Assembly (NCBI GenBank): GCA_963664405.1
Contig: OY761158.1
Span: 3,936,001 to 4,000,000 of the forward strand
Direction of reading: 5' to 3'
Source of the DNA: Thermoanaerobaculia bacterium
GTDB lineage: Bacteria; Acidobacteriota; Thermoanaerobaculia; Multivoradales; Multivoraceae
DNA: 64,000 bases
The position numbers and the translations under genes are program-made. This document shows positions 8,958 to 19,913 of the stretch, piece by piece (position 1 is the first letter of the stretch; each line of letters opens with the position of its first letter). Below the pieces are notes generated by a model that saw nothing but the letters and a program-made list of their open reading frames with translations, was not told where the DNA came from and searched no databases.

Positions 8958-11654
8958 ATGGTTCTAGAAGCTGGCACTCTCCTCGGCCACTACGAAGTGG
9001 TTTCCTCGCTTGGCGCGGGAGGCATGGGAGAGGTCTACCGAGCCAAGGACACGAAGCTCGGACGGGAGGTGGCGATCAAACTCCTGCTCGACGAGGTGTC
9101 CTCTGATCCGCAGCGTCTCGCTCGCTTCGAGCGCGAGGCGCGGGTCCTGGCTTCGCTGAATCACAACAACATAGCCACGCTCTACGGCTTCGAGAAGGAA
9201 GGCGACACCAGCTTCCTGGTCATGGAGCTGGTCGAGGGGGAAACGCTGGCAGAGCGCATCCAGCGCGGTGCGATGCCGATCGACGAGGCGCTGCCGCTCT
9301 TCTTGCAGATCGCCGAGGGGCTTGAGGCTGCTCACGAGAAGGGCGTCATCCACCGCGACCTGAAGCCGGCGAACATCAAGATCACCGACGACCGCCAGGT
9401 GAAGATCCTCGACTTCGGATTGGCTAAGGCCATGGCTCCGGTGGTCGATGCTAGCGATCCGACGATGTCGCAGTCCCCGACACTGACCCTCGCCGCGACC
9501 CGACGTGGCGAGATTCTCGGCACCGCCGCCTACATGAGTCCGGAGCAGGCGGCCGGTAAGACACTCGATAGGCGCACCGATGTCTGGGCCTTTGGTTGCT
9601 GCCTCTTCGAGGCGCTTTCGGGACATCGAGCCTTCGAGGCCGACACCGCTCCGCAGACGGTGGCCAAAGTCCTGGAAAGGGAGCCTCTATGGGAGGCGCT
9701 ACCGCCTACAGTTCCGTCCCCGGTCGAGCGCCTTCTTCGCCGGTGTCTGCGCAAGGATCTTCGGCAGCGCCTGCACGCCATCGCGGATGCCCGGATCGAG
9801 ATCGAGGAGACGTTCAGCGGCTCGGAGGGGCAGGGGTTTGCTGCGCAACCGGCGGGAGGCCTTCGGCTTCGCAAACTGGCCAGTTGGCTCGCAATAACGG
9901 CCGCCCTCGCGTTGGGCACTGGCGCATATCTCGCCAAGAGGTTCTGGGAGACAGCGCCGGCTGTGGAGAGGCCGCCATTAATCCAGTTCTCCCTGGAAGA
10001 GGTGCTCGACCCCGGTCTCGGGCTCTCGATAGACGAGGTCGATCGACCCTCCATCGCGTTCTCATCCGACGGTCAGCATGTCGTCTTTGTGGCGAAATCG
10101 GAGGACGGGATCCGGCGCCTCCACTTGCGCAAACTCGACGAGGTGCGCGGCAGCGAGCTCCCCGGAACGGAGGGCGCCACGACAGCCTTCTTTTCACCGA
10201 ACGGCCAGTGGATCGGCTTCTTTCAGAGGTGGAAGCTGAAGAAGTTGCCGATCGCCGGGGGGACGCCCCGTACCGTCAGCTCAGGGGGCATGTACGGGGC
10301 GAGCTGGGGGCCGGATGACACGATCGTCTTTCCTATCATCGACGTATCCGGCCTTTCGATCGTCTCGGCTCAAGGAGGAACGCCCGAGGTCCTGACGGTT
10401 GTCGATCGGGAAGCAGGCGAGTTCAGTCACCGGTGGCCCCAGTTCCTTCCTGGTGGCCAAGCGATCCTCCTAACTGTGGGCCGTTCCGGGAACTGGGATG
10501 AAGCCGCCATCGCAGTCCATTCTCTAGACACCGGCGAGCGTCACATCGTCATCGAAGGGGGCACACATGCACGCTACTCGCCCACCGGACACATCGTCTA
10601 TGGCCGTGGCGGTCGTTTATGGGCGGTTCCTTTCGACCTCGCTAGCCTCGAAGTGAACGGCCCCTCGGAGCTCCTACTCGAAGGTGTGGCCCAGAGCGGC
10701 TCGAACGGAATGGCCCAGTTCGCTCTGTCTGGTCACGGTTCCCTCGTCTACGCCCCCGGTACGGTGTACACACCAAACCTGCGACTGATCTGGGTCGACC
10801 GACAGGGGAACGCCGAGCCCCTGCCTGCTCCGCCTGGTCGCTATTTTCATCCTCGGCTCTCGCCGGACGGGCGTTCGATCGCCCTTGGCATCGATGACGT
10901 ACCGCCACATATCTGGCTCTACGACATCGCCCAGCAGATGAAGCCGAAGCGGTTCACCTTCGAGTCCTACAACCGCTTTCCTATCTGGACCCCCGATGGA
11001 GTCCACGTGACCTGGGCTTCACCACGAGGTGAGAATCTGCCGGACATCTGGTGGAAAGCAGCGAATGGAGGCGGTGGCTCAGATCAACTCACTCGGAGCC
11101 GGGAGGCCGTTCAAGTTCCCCTCGATTGGGCGCGCAACGGCCAGGTGCTCCTCTTGGACTCGAAGGGCGCTGCCGGAGAGCAAGACATCTGGTCTCTGTC
11201 GCTCGGTGAGGATCCAGCGGTCCAGCCCTTCGTCGCCACTGACGCACTCGAGACCAACGCCACGTTCTCCCCGGATGGCCTCTGGGTGGCGTATCAATCG
11301 GACGAGTCGGGAAGCTACGAGATTTACGTCCAGCCGTATCCCGGTCCGGGAGGAAAGATGCAGGTCTCGAGCGAAGGCGGCAAAAGCCCCGTCTGGTCTC
11401 GCGACGGAAGCGAGATCTTCTTCCGATCCGGAGAGCGGATGATGACTGTTGAGCTCCTATCCTTTGAGCCACTGCCACAGCTAGGAAGACCCAGGGAGCT
11501 GTTTCGTGGGATCTTCTCCGGAGGCTTCGCCTATTTTCGCGGCTACGACGTCTCCGCGGACGGCCAGCGCTTTCTCATGGCACAGCATGCAGATACGGCT
11601 CCGGAGCCCAAGCCGTTGATCGTGGTGATCAACTGGCCCGAGCTACTCGAATGA
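8958..11654 (+). CDS. Hanks-type Ser/Thr protein kinase with TM helix and TolB/PD40 beta-propeller
   Basis: LGAGGMGEVY, VAIK, HRDLKPAN, DFG, GTAAYMSPE; repeated FSPDG motifs. Confidence 0.95.
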   Translation: MVLEAGTLLGHYEVVSSLGAGGMGEVYRAKDTKLGREVAIKLLLDEVSSDPQRLARFEREARVLASLNHNNIATLYGFEKEGDTSFLVMELVEGETLAERIQRGAMPIDEALPLFLQIAEGLEAAHEKGVIHRDLKPANIKITDDRQVKILDFGLAKAMAPVVDASDPTMSQSPTLTLAATRRGEILGTAAYMSPEQAAGKTLDRRTDVWAFGCCLFEALSGHRAFEADTAPQTVAKVLEREPLWEALPPTVPSPVERLLRRCLRKDLRQRLHAIADARIEIEETFSGSEGQGFAAQPAGGLRLRKLASWLAITAALALGTGAYLAKRFWETAPAVERPPLIQFSLEEVLDPGLGLSIDEVDRPSIAFSSDGQHVVFVAKSEDGIRRLHLRKLDEVRGSELPGTEGATTAFFSPNGQWIGFFQRWKLKKLPIAGGTPRTVSSGGMYGASWGPDDTIVFPIIDVSGLSIVSAQGGTPEVLTVVDREAGEFSHRWPQFLPGGQAILLTVGRSGNWDEAAIAVHSLDTGERHIVIEGGTHARYSPTGHIVYGRGGRLWAVPFDLASLEVNGPSELLLEGVAQSGSNGMAQFALSGHGSLVYAPGTVYTPNLRLIWVDRQGNAEPLPAPPGRYFHPRLSPDGRSIALGIDDVPPHIWLYDIAQQMKPKRFTFESYNRFPIWTPDGVHVTWASPRGENLPDIWWKAANGGGGSDQLTRSREAVQVPLDWARNGQVLLLDSKGAAGEQDIWSLSLGEDPAVQPFVATDALETNATFSPDGLWVAYQSDESGSYEIYVQPYPGPGGKMQVSSEGGKSPVWSRDGSEIFFRSGERMMTVELLSFEPLPQLGRPRELFRGIFSGGFAYFRGYDVSADGQRFLMAQHADTAPEPKPLIVVINWPELLE

Positions 11655-11764
11655 TCGGCAAGCGCTTCATTTACCCTGCCCTAGAGTCCACACCCTTCGA
11701 AGCGGCGACACGCAGCGGAGTGGATTGGTTTCCATGTCCGGCAGGCGCTGGCGTGCCATGCTTA

Positions 11765-13769
11765 GGGTCGGCGCGGAAATAAGTTTCCAGTATCTGGGGT
11801 GACCATACCACTGCCCCCTTCTTCAGCCACCGCATAATCCTCCGGTACGCGCCTTGTTTGCAAGGTTTAGAGCTAGCATAGCCCTGCCCGCATTTGGTAT
11901 AGTTTTCCCTGTCACCTCTTTTGGAAGGGGAACTATACCAAATGGTACGAGCCGAAGATCGTGATGCAACAGTGCGCGAGCTCTTGATGAGCGAACAGAT
12001 GGCCACCATGGATGAGCTCAAGGACGCCATGGGAACCCGAGCCACCATGACGGTCTACCGTTCGCTGTCTCGATTGGGCTATTTGGCCAGCTACTCGGAT
12101 CGAGGGCGGTTCTATACCTTGAACGAGATTCCCGATTTCGACGATCTGGGTTTGTGGTCGTGCGGTTCGGCGAGGTTCAGTCGGCATGGCAGCCTCCTCG
12201 AAACTGCGGTGGCTGCCGTGGACCGGTCCGCTGCCGGCTATACGGCTTCTGAACTCGAGCTCCTGCTGCAGGTCGAGGTCAAGCACGCGATGTTGCACCT
12301 CGTTCGTCGCAAGAGAATCGTACGATCCAGAGTTGGGAATAGGTTCGTATACTTGTGCTCGGAAACAGGGCGCCGTCGTCAGCAGAAGCTGATGCGCAAC
12401 GAACGGCAGGCTCTCCAGGATGTAGCTGCCAGCCTCGTTCCAGAAGTGCTCCCCGAGGAGCTCAGGGCTGCCATCGTTTTATTCTTCAGCCTGCTAGACG
12501 AACGCCAGCGGCGGCTCTTCGCTGGCCTGGAAGCGACCAAGCTCGGGCATGGCGGCGACCGGAAGATCGCCGATCTTCTGGACCTGGACCCTCATACAGT
12601 CGCAAAAGGACGTCGCGAGCTCTTCGGCGGCTCCGTGGAGCGCGGAAGAGTTCGAAGAGCAGGCGGTGGCAACCAACGAGTGGAAAAAAAACGCCCGAGA
12701 TAGTCGATGGAATCCATTCCATACTCGAGGCCGATATAGCTGGTGATCCCATGTCATCAAAAAGATGGACGCACGAGACCGCTGCAAAGGTGGCCCAATG
12801 CCTTGCCGAACGCCTTGACATCATCGTATCGGCTACGGTGGTGCGTCGATTGCTCGCAGACCTGAACTATTCCCTCAAGAGCAATAGGAAATGTCTGTCT
12901 TCGGGGAACTCCCCAGATCGTGATGCACAGTTCAAGGCCATCAAGCGACTGCGCGAGGATTTCACAAGCGCTGGCGACCCGATCATCAGCGTCGATACGA
13001 AGAAGAAGGAGCTGATCGGTCGGTTCAAGAACCAGGGACAGACATGGTGCCGCGAGGCCAAGCGGGTCAAGGATCACGACTTCCGGTCCGAAGCTCTCGC
13101 CATCGCCTCCCCCTATGGGATCTACGATCTTCAGAGGAACTTCGGCGTTCTCGTCCTCGGACAGTCGTCGGACACGCCGGAGTTCGCTGTCAACAGCATC
13201 GCGACCTGGTGGCTCAAATACGGTCGATCTCACTATCCGGCGTCTCAGCGTCTCCTCATTCTTGCCGACAGCGGCGCAAGCAACGGCGCACGGCTTCGAG
13301 CCTGGAAGAAGTACCTCCAGGAGAAGCTCGTAGACAAGTGCGGCCTCATCATCACCGTCGCCCACTATCCAACTGGCACCAGTAAATGGAATCCCATCGA
13401 GCACAGGATGTTCAGCGAGATCAGCAAGAACTGGGCCGGAGTTCCTCTCGAGAGTTTCGAGATCCTCGTCAACCTCGTCCGCAACACGACGACATCCACC
13501 GGACTGCGCGTCGAGCCGTGCCGTGATCAACGCCAATACCAGAAAGGAGTCAGGGTATCGGACAAGGAAATGCTGCAGCTCGCGGTGGCCAGGAGCGACT
13601 TCCTAGGAAAGTGGAACTACACCCTCTCGCCGAGACCGCGAACCGAGCAGGAAGAGCTTGCCCCACAGCCTGGGCTCAGCTCACCACCACCTCCAATGCA
13701 GCGACCGCCCTGTGGCGCCTCGGCCTCACACGCTCCGGCGATAATGTGAAGTTATTTCCGCGCCGACCC
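11765..13769 (+). mobile_element. ISAzo13-family insertion sequence
   Basis: 18-bp TIR GGGTCGGCGCGGAAATAA; TTA duplicated on both flanks. Confidence 0.92.
11921..13749 (+). CDS. ISAzo13 transposase, two ORFs joined by a -1 frameshift at A8 (12684-12691); start approximate
   Basis: ORF1 ends LDERQRRLFAG...RRAGGG..VEKK; ORF2 continues AGDP, DRDAQF, ISVDTKKKELIG, HYPTGTSKWNPIEHRMF. Confidence 0.88.
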
Positions 13770-13847
13770 TTAGGGCGGTGTACAGCCAGGCAATCGCGCT
13801 CGCCCACCGGTTCGAAACGCCTCATACACTTTGATTGACGTGAGTGC

Positions 13848-13940
13848 TGTCGCGTTTCCTGGCGCTCTGCGACAGGTATAGCCGAAAGCAGATAACCCTC
13901 TGAGAGAAGGGGCTGTCGTGAAATTCGGTGGATCGCGACA
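13848..13940 (+). repeat. Box-site E (27-bp box / 39-bp spacer / 27-bp box)
   Basis: Boxes at 13848-13874 and 13914-13940. Confidence 0.85.
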
Positions 13941-13956
13941 GTCCACAAACGAGGAC

Positions 13957-14568
13957 TCAGAGCGCTTTCGTCATTCGATAGAACTTCAATGCCGGTATGG
14001 GCAAGCGCTTTGGCCAATGCGACTCGACGGTCATCCCGCGGCGCTCGTAGAATCCGCGGGCTCCCTCGTTCTTGCCTGAGACGTCGAGGGATAATCGAGT
14101 CGATCCACTTGCGCGAGCCCACTCTTCAGAATAGTCCATCAAGACGGCGCCGACGCCAGCGCCGCGAAGTTCTTTATCAACAGCGATGAACTGGATGTAG
14201 AAATCGCCATCGGCAATTGAATCGGTAATCCGCATCATCGGAGCAACCAGTATTTTCACGATCCTCATTCGTAGATGACGCCTACCCGCAGCCCGCTTCA
14301 AGGGTTGGTGCGAGGAACGGCGATGCTGCTCCGCGGTGTACCCCGCGACCATTCCCACGATGACGTCGTCACGTTCTGCGAAGGTCACATTCTGGTAGGA
14401 GAGGTCGTGGTCGGGCTGGGCGAACGCCGTGGCGAGTATGTGCCCGGCGCGGCGACCGAGCCAGAAGCCGAAGAAACCCTCAGCTGATTGGTCGACGTAG
14501 CGGGCGAATACCAGACCCTCTTCGAAGGTGGGGTTGGCGGCCCGAAGGGTTACCGAATGCTGATTCAT
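13957..14568 (-). CDS. GNAT-family acetyltransferase
   Basis: FYIQFIAVDKELRGAGVG, LSLDVSGKNEGARGFYERRG; ATG at 14568. Confidence 0.9.
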   Translation of the reverse strand: MNQHSVTLRAANPTFEEGLVFARYVDQSAEGFFGFWLGRRAGHILATAFAQPDHDLSYQNVTFAERDDVIVGMVAGYTAEQHRRSSHQPLKRAAGRRHLRMRIVKILVAPMMRITDSIADGDFYIQFIAVDKELRGAGVGAVLMDYSEEWARASGSTRLSLDVSGKNEGARGFYERRGMTVESHWPKRLPIPALKFYRMTKAL

Positions 14569-14716
14569 GATTGTCTGGCGAGATGCGACAAGAATAGCTC
14601 GTTCTGAATAAGCCCGCTCAGCGCCGCCGTGTCGTAGTTCTAGGTGAGGTGCGACATCACAATTCGAGCTCTGAGCCGCTGATCCACCGGGCGACGGGTA
14701 TGATGTCGCCAAGTCA
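14564..14716 (+). repeat. Box-site B plus promoter-like module
   Basis: Degenerate box 14564-14590, 39-bp spacer, box 14630-14656, TATGAT before kinase ATG. Confidence 0.8.
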
Positions 14717-17380
14717 ATGGCTCTAGAAGCTGGCACTCGCCTCGGCCACTACGAAGTGGTCTCCTCGCTCGGTGCGGGAGGCATGGGAGAAGTGTATCGA
14801 GCGAAGGACACGAAGCTCGGTCGCGAGGTAGCAGTCAAGCTCCTGCTCGACGAGGTCTCTTCTGACCCGGAGCGTCTAGCTCGCTTCGAGCGCGAGGCGC
14901 GGGTGCTCGCGTCACTCAACCACAAGAACATCGCCAGCCTCCACGCCTTCGAGCGAGAGGGTGACACGGGCTTCCTGGTCATGGAACTGGTCGAGGGCGA
15001 GACGCTGGCCGATCGGATCAGGAGAGGCGCAATCCCGGTCGATGAAGCGTTGCCGCTGTTCGTGCAGGTCGCCGAAGGCCTGGAGGCGGCACATGAGAAG
15101 GGAGTGATCCACCGGGATCTGAAGCCAGCCAACATCAAAATCTCGCCCGACGGTGTGGTCAAGATCCTGGACTTCGGCTTGGCCAAGGCCACTTCGCCAG
15201 ACCTCGATCCGGCCGCCGCGACGTTGTCGAACTCTCCGACGCTGACCCTAGCGGCGACGATGCGAGGGCAGATCCTCGGGACCGCCGCGTACATGGCCCC
15301 CGAACAGGCAAAAGGAAGTCCGGTCGACAAGCGAGCCGATCTCTGGGCCTTTGGCGCGTGCCTCTACGAGGCGATCACCGCGAAGCGCGCCTTCGACGGT
15401 AACGACGCCACCGATATCTTGGGGTCGGTCCTGAAGCTGGAGCCGGATTGGGATGCCCTACCGGCGGAGCTTCCGGACGCGCTGAAGCGAGTTCTGGAAC
15501 GTTGCCTAGCAAAGGACCCCCGTCAGCGGGCCCGAGACGCTGGCGATCTACGCCTTGACCTGGAGGCGGCTCCACGCGAGAAGCTCTCACTGTCGCCTGA
15601 GACTGCGAGGCCCGAGCACTCTCTCGTGCGATGGATTCCATGGCTCGTCGCCGCTGGTGCAATAGCCGTAGTCATCACCCTGATGGCGTCGCGCGACGAG
15701 GCCGAGCCGCAACCGCGTCCTATGACCAGAACGTCGATCGTGCTTCCCCTCGAGGCACCGCTCGCACCTCCGAGCTCCTTCCATCTGGCAATCGGCCGAA
15801 CCTCGTTGGCTCTGGCACCCGACGGCTCCTTCCTCGTTTACGTTGCCTGGGTCGACCACGCTCACCATCTCTATCGCCGTGACATGCGCTCCGGGGAGAT
15901 CACGCCCATGCAGGGGACAGAAGGGGCGCAGGGCCCTCTCTTCTCGCCCGACAGTCGGTGGGTGGGTTTCTTCGCCGACGGGCGACTCAAAAAAGTGCTC
16001 TTGGATGGCGGCGAGCCACAGGTGCTCGCCACCGCGGTCTGGGGTTCTGGCGCTGACTGGGGAAGCGATGGCCACATCTATTTCGCACCGACAGAGGCCA
16101 GCCGGATCTACCGGGTCCCAGAGAACGGTGGAGGCGCAGAGCCCGTCACCGTCTTGCCCAAGGACACGTTCATGCAGACGCATCCATGGCTCTTGCCTGG
16201 AACCCGTGACCTCATCCTCACCAGCCACTCCCAAAGGAGAAGGATTGTGTCTCGTGCGACGGTCAGTTCGTCCGAGGCTCCCTCCCTTCTGCTGGAGCGC
16301 GGCCACGGCGCACGCGTCTCTCCGAGCGGCCATCTGATCTTCATGGACGAAGGGCGACTCTTGGCCGTTGCGTACGATCGTGCCGACAAGAGTGTAGCCG
16401 GCACACCGATAGTGATCCTCGATGACGTGCGGAACGACAGTATGGCTGGACACATGTCGGCGACGTTCTCGAATAGCGGAACGCTGATATATCCGGGAGG
16501 GTCCGATATCTCTAGAGGGCGCTTCGTCTGGGCCGACCGTCAGGGAAATCGAGAACCTTTGAACCTTCCCGTGGCTTCCTACCAAGATTCCGACGTTTCG
16601 CCGGACGGTCGCACAATTGCCTATACCGTTCCCGAGGGTGTGGAGTCTCGCATCTGGGTCTACGACATCGAACGCGGGACAGCACGCCCGCTCACTCCAG
16701 GCTCTGGGCCGTTCTGGTCGAGCGTGAGCGACACCCTCTTCTACACCTCTTTCACCGATGCGGGACCGAGCGTCTGGCGCATCGGGGCCGAGGGCTCAGC
16801 ATCCCCGACGGAGGTTCTGCCTGCCCCGGCGCACCTCCAGACCCTGGGAGAGGTCGGAATCATCTATGACGTTCGCCAAGGCGACGTTTCCTTCGCGCCA
16901 TGGGCAGAGCAACTGGTGGCTGTAGATCTCGACGAGGCTCGACTGATCCTGGCCTCGGAGGCTCAGGAAACTTTCGCCGCGCTCTCGCCCGACGAGCGAT
17001 GGCTCGCCTACATGTCCGACGAGAGCGGTACTTGGGAGATCTATGTCACGGACTTCCCGGAGGCTTCGATCAAGCGCCGGGTTTCTACTGCCGGAGGCGA
17101 AGAGCCCCGTTGGAGCCCGGACGGAAGCGAGATCATCTGGCGCTTCGGCGTGGATTGGTTCTCCGTCGATTTCGACGACGGCGAGGAGATGAAGCTGGGC
17201 GCGCCCATGATCATCCTCTCGGGCCCCTTCATCAACGTCCCGGGGTGGTCCTGGGATTTCTCCCCCGACGGCCGGCGCTTCCTGGTGCTCGAGAACGAAG
17301 AGGCGAGCGAAGCGCTGACCGAGTTGGCCGTCATCCATGACTTCTTCGAAGAGGTCGAGAGGCTCGTGCCCACCGACTGA
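14717..17380 (+). CDS. Ser/Thr protein kinase with TolB/PD40 beta-propeller (paralog of 8958)
   Basis: Same kinase motifs; 5' end nearly identical to the first kinase. Confidence 0.95.
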   Translation: MALEAGTRLGHYEVVSSLGAGGMGEVYRAKDTKLGREVAVKLLLDEVSSDPERLARFEREARVLASLNHKNIASLHAFEREGDTGFLVMELVEGETLADRIRRGAIPVDEALPLFVQVAEGLEAAHEKGVIHRDLKPANIKISPDGVVKILDFGLAKATSPDLDPAAATLSNSPTLTLAATMRGQILGTAAYMAPEQAKGSPVDKRADLWAFGACLYEAITAKRAFDGNDATDILGSVLKLEPDWDALPAELPDALKRVLERCLAKDPRQRARDAGDLRLDLEAAPREKLSLSPETARPEHSLVRWIPWLVAAGAIAVVITLMASRDEAEPQPRPMTRTSIVLPLEAPLAPPSSFHLAIGRTSLALAPDGSFLVYVAWVDHAHHLYRRDMRSGEITPMQGTEGAQGPLFSPDSRWVGFFADGRLKKVLLDGGEPQVLATAVWGSGADWGSDGHIYFAPTEASRIYRVPENGGGAEPVTVLPKDTFMQTHPWLLPGTRDLILTSHSQRRRIVSRATVSSSEAPSLLLERGHGARVSPSGHLIFMDEGRLLAVAYDRADKSVAGTPIVILDDVRNDSMAGHMSATFSNSGTLIYPGGSDISRGRFVWADRQGNREPLNLPVASYQDSDVSPDGRTIAYTVPEGVESRIWVYDIERGTARPLTPGSGPFWSSVSDTLFYTSFTDAGPSVWRIGAEGSASPTEVLPAPAHLQTLGEVGIIYDVRQGDVSFAPWAEQLVAVDLDEARLILASEAQETFAALSPDERWLAYMSDESGTWEIYVTDFPEASIKRRVSTAGGEEPRWSPDGSEIIWRFGVDWFSVDFDDGEEMKLGAPMIILSGPFINVPGWSWDFSPDGRRFLVLENEEASEALTELAVIHDFFEEVERLVPTD

Positions 17381-17383
17381 GGT

Positions 17384-17550
17384 TGTCGCCTTTGCTGGCG
17401 GACCACGACAGGCATAGCTGAAAGTCGATAGGCCCAGAAATACTCGATCTGTCGCACTTCTCGGTGCCTTGCGACACCACAGATCGAGCTTTGAGCGACT
17501 GATCCCAACGGACGACCGGTAAGATGTTGCGAGGTCATGGTTCAAGAAGT
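17384..17550 (+). repeat. Box-site C plus promoter-like module and kinase-start relic
   Basis: Boxes 17384-17410 and 17450-17476, then module ending ATGGTTCAAGAAG. Confidence 0.85.
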
Positions 17551-17600
17551 AGTGCCTTTTCGTCTTCGATTCGGGTGATACCACGATAGGGGAGTAATTG

Positions 17601-19406
17601 ATGACAAGAGTCCGTCGCATTGCCGCGCTGACGGTCGGCGCATTGACTGCCACTTACGCCGCGGGTGCGGAGCGGAACGCCTATTTCGGTGATCTGCACA
17701 TCCATACGCGCTTTTCGTTCGACGCGTTCACCTTCGGCACCCGCGCGACACCCGACGACGCCTACCGTTATGCCCGCGGGGAGGCCATCAAACACCCCGC
17801 CGGCTTCGATATCCAGCTCGATCGGGCGCTCGACTTCTACGCCGTCACCGACCACGCCCGGTATCTCGGCAGGTGGTCGGCGATGATGGATCCCAATCAT
17901 CCTCTGGCGCAGAGTCCTGAAATCCAGCCCTTTTTCGATGCGGAAAAACTCGCCGCAACGGGCCTGTCCCGACAAACAGTCGTCCCCTTCTTCGAGGCCC
18001 ACCCCGACCCGGAGGCCACACGCTCGGCTTGGCGGGAGACCATCGCTTCGGCGGAGCGAAACTACGAGCCGGGCAAGCTCACCACCTTCGTGGGCTATGA
18101 ATACACGCCATCGGCGACCGGTGGGGGCAATCAACACCGAAATGTCATTTTCCGCAGTGCGAAAGCGCCGGAGGTACCCTTCTCTCGACTCGACTCGCCG
18201 AACCCCGAGGATCTCTGGGATTGGCTCGAGGGCTTGCGGGCACAGGGCATCGAGGCGCTGGCGATTCCCCACAACTCGAACCAGAGCGCCGGCCATAAGT
18301 TCGCGCGCCAGAAGAATTCGGGCGAGCCCTTCGACGCGGCCTATGCCCGGCTGCGGATGCGCAACGAGCCACTGGTCGAGGTCACACAGATCAAGGGCAC
18401 TTCGGAGACACACCCCCTGCTCTCGACCAACGACGAGTGGGCGAACTTCGAGATCGAGTATCTCCCCCCCGCCAATAGGAAGCCGGAGTACGTCCGTGGC
18501 AGCTATGTGCGCGATGCCTACCTGACCGGTCTCGAGCTCGAGGAGAACGAGGGGTTCAACCCCTACCGGTTCGGGATGATCGGCTCGAGCGACGGCCACA
18601 ATGGGGGCTCCGCTTATCAGGAGTCGAAGTTCTTCAGCAAGGTCGGTGTCTATGATGCGACGCCGGAGCTGCGCGGCTCTGTGCCCGCGGGGAGTGCTCA
18701 GGCCCGGGGCGACGTCTCACAGCCCACGGGAATGGCTGAAAGGTTGCCAACCTGGGGCGCTTCGGGCTTGGCGGGCGTGTGGGCCGAGGAGAACACCCGC
18801 GAATCGATCTATGACGCGTTCCGCCGCAAAGAGACCTTCGCCACTAGCGGGCCGCGCATCCGGGTGCGTTTGTTCGCCAGCTACGACTTCAAGGGCGATG
18901 CGCTCGAAGACAAGGATCTGATGGCAAAGGCCTACGAGCACGGTGTGCCGATGGGCGCCGATCTCCCGGCCCGTCGCCGCGGCGCACCCCAGTTCCTGGT
19001 CTGGGCGGTGCAGGACCCCGAGTCGACGAAACTCCAGCGCCTGCAGGTGATCAAGGGCTGGATCGAGGCCGGCCGGCCGCAGGAGCGGGTCTATGATGTG
19101 GCCTGCTCGGACGGTCTCGAGGTCGACCGCCAAACTCATCGCTGCCCCGACAACGGCGCCGAGGTGGATCTTGCGGACTGCAGCGTCAGCGCCAACCTCG
19201 GCGCGGCGCAGCTCGAAACTCTCTGGACCGATCCCGACTTCGACTGCCGTCAACGTGCCTTCTACTATGTGCGCGTGCTCGAGAATCCGTCTTGCCGCTG
19301 GTCCACCTGGGATGCACTGCGTGCGGGCACGCCGCCTCGACCCGGTCTTGCGACCACGCTTCAGGAGCGCGCCTTTTCGTCTCCGATTTGGTTGATACCA
19401 CGGTAA
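17601..19406 (+). CDS. DUF3604-family secreted PHP-like metallohydrolase
   Basis: AYFGDLHIHT.FSFDA, LDFYAVTDHA, QHRNVIFR, IPHNSNQS, QIKGTSETHP, QERAFSSPIW. Confidence 0.9.
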   Translation: MTRVRRIAALTVGALTATYAAGAERNAYFGDLHIHTRFSFDAFTFGTRATPDDAYRYARGEAIKHPAGFDIQLDRALDFYAVTDHARYLGRWSAMMDPNHPLAQSPEIQPFFDAEKLAATGLSRQTVVPFFEAHPDPEATRSAWRETIASAERNYEPGKLTTFVGYEYTPSATGGGNQHRNVIFRSAKAPEVPFSRLDSPNPEDLWDWLEGLRAQGIEALAIPHNSNQSAGHKFARQKNSGEPFDAAYARLRMRNEPLVEVTQIKGTSETHPLLSTNDEWANFEIEYLPPANRKPEYVRGSYVRDAYLTGLELEENEGFNPYRFGMIGSSDGHNGGSAYQESKFFSKVGVYDATPELRGSVPAGSAQARGDVSQPTGMAERLPTWGASGLAGVWAEENTRESIYDAFRRKETFATSGPRIRVRLFASYDFKGDALEDKDLMAKAYEHGVPMGADLPARRRGAPQFLVWAVQDPESTKLQRLQVIKGWIEAGRPQERVYDVACSDGLEVDRQTHRCPDNGAEVDLADCSVSANLGAAQLETLWTDPDFDCRQRAFYYVRVLENPSCRWSTWDALRAGTPPRPGLATTLQERAFSSPIWLIPR

Positions 19407-19627
19407 AGCGTGGGCCTGAGTCAGGGTTTCCTCGAAGCGGCACCCACGCTTGACTCGGGCAGAGTCGGCACTGTGAGCGGGCCGCAGTGCCGGGTTGTCG
19501 CCGCCTCCTTGTTCTTGTGGATGTTGCGGAAGTCGGAGGTCTTTATGACCCCCATGAATTCGCGCAAGCTGGGGTAGCGCACGATGTGGAGGCGCCAGGA
19601 TGGGCTCTATCTCCCACCGACCGATGG

Positions 19628-19720
19628 TGTCGTGATTCCTGGCGCTCTGCGACAGGTATAGCCGAAAGCAGATAACCCTCTGAGAGAAGGGGCTGTCGTG
19701 AAATTCGGTGCTTTGCGACA
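19628..19720 (+). repeat. Box-site F
   Basis: Boxes 19628-19654 and 19694-19720; 75 bp identical to site E. Confidence 0.85.
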
Positions 19721-19767
19721 GCTCCGAATCAGCTAGCGAGGGCTAGCGATAGACTTGCGCCTACTCA

Positions 19768-19845
19768 ATGGCGCTAGAACCAGGCACACGCCTCGGTCCC
19801 TACGAGATCGTCGAGCTGCGCGGGAAGGGCGGCATGAGAGAGGTC
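19768..19845 (+). pseudogene. N-terminal remnant of a third Ser/Thr kinase
   Basis: MALEPGTRLGPYEIVELRGKGGMREV, after which similarity is lost. Confidence 0.8.
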
Positions 19846-19913
19846 TGTAGTACTGGGTTTAAGTGGCCGCTCTTCCCCTGCCCGACCTCCTGTATGCTCT
19901 CTGTCGCTCCCAT

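Noticed and set aside
13957-14736. 259-aa version of the GNAT ORF (and extended starts at 33786, 38681 and 49823)
   Set aside because: Extensions run through repeat or intergenic DNA; downstream ATGs fit domain boundaries better
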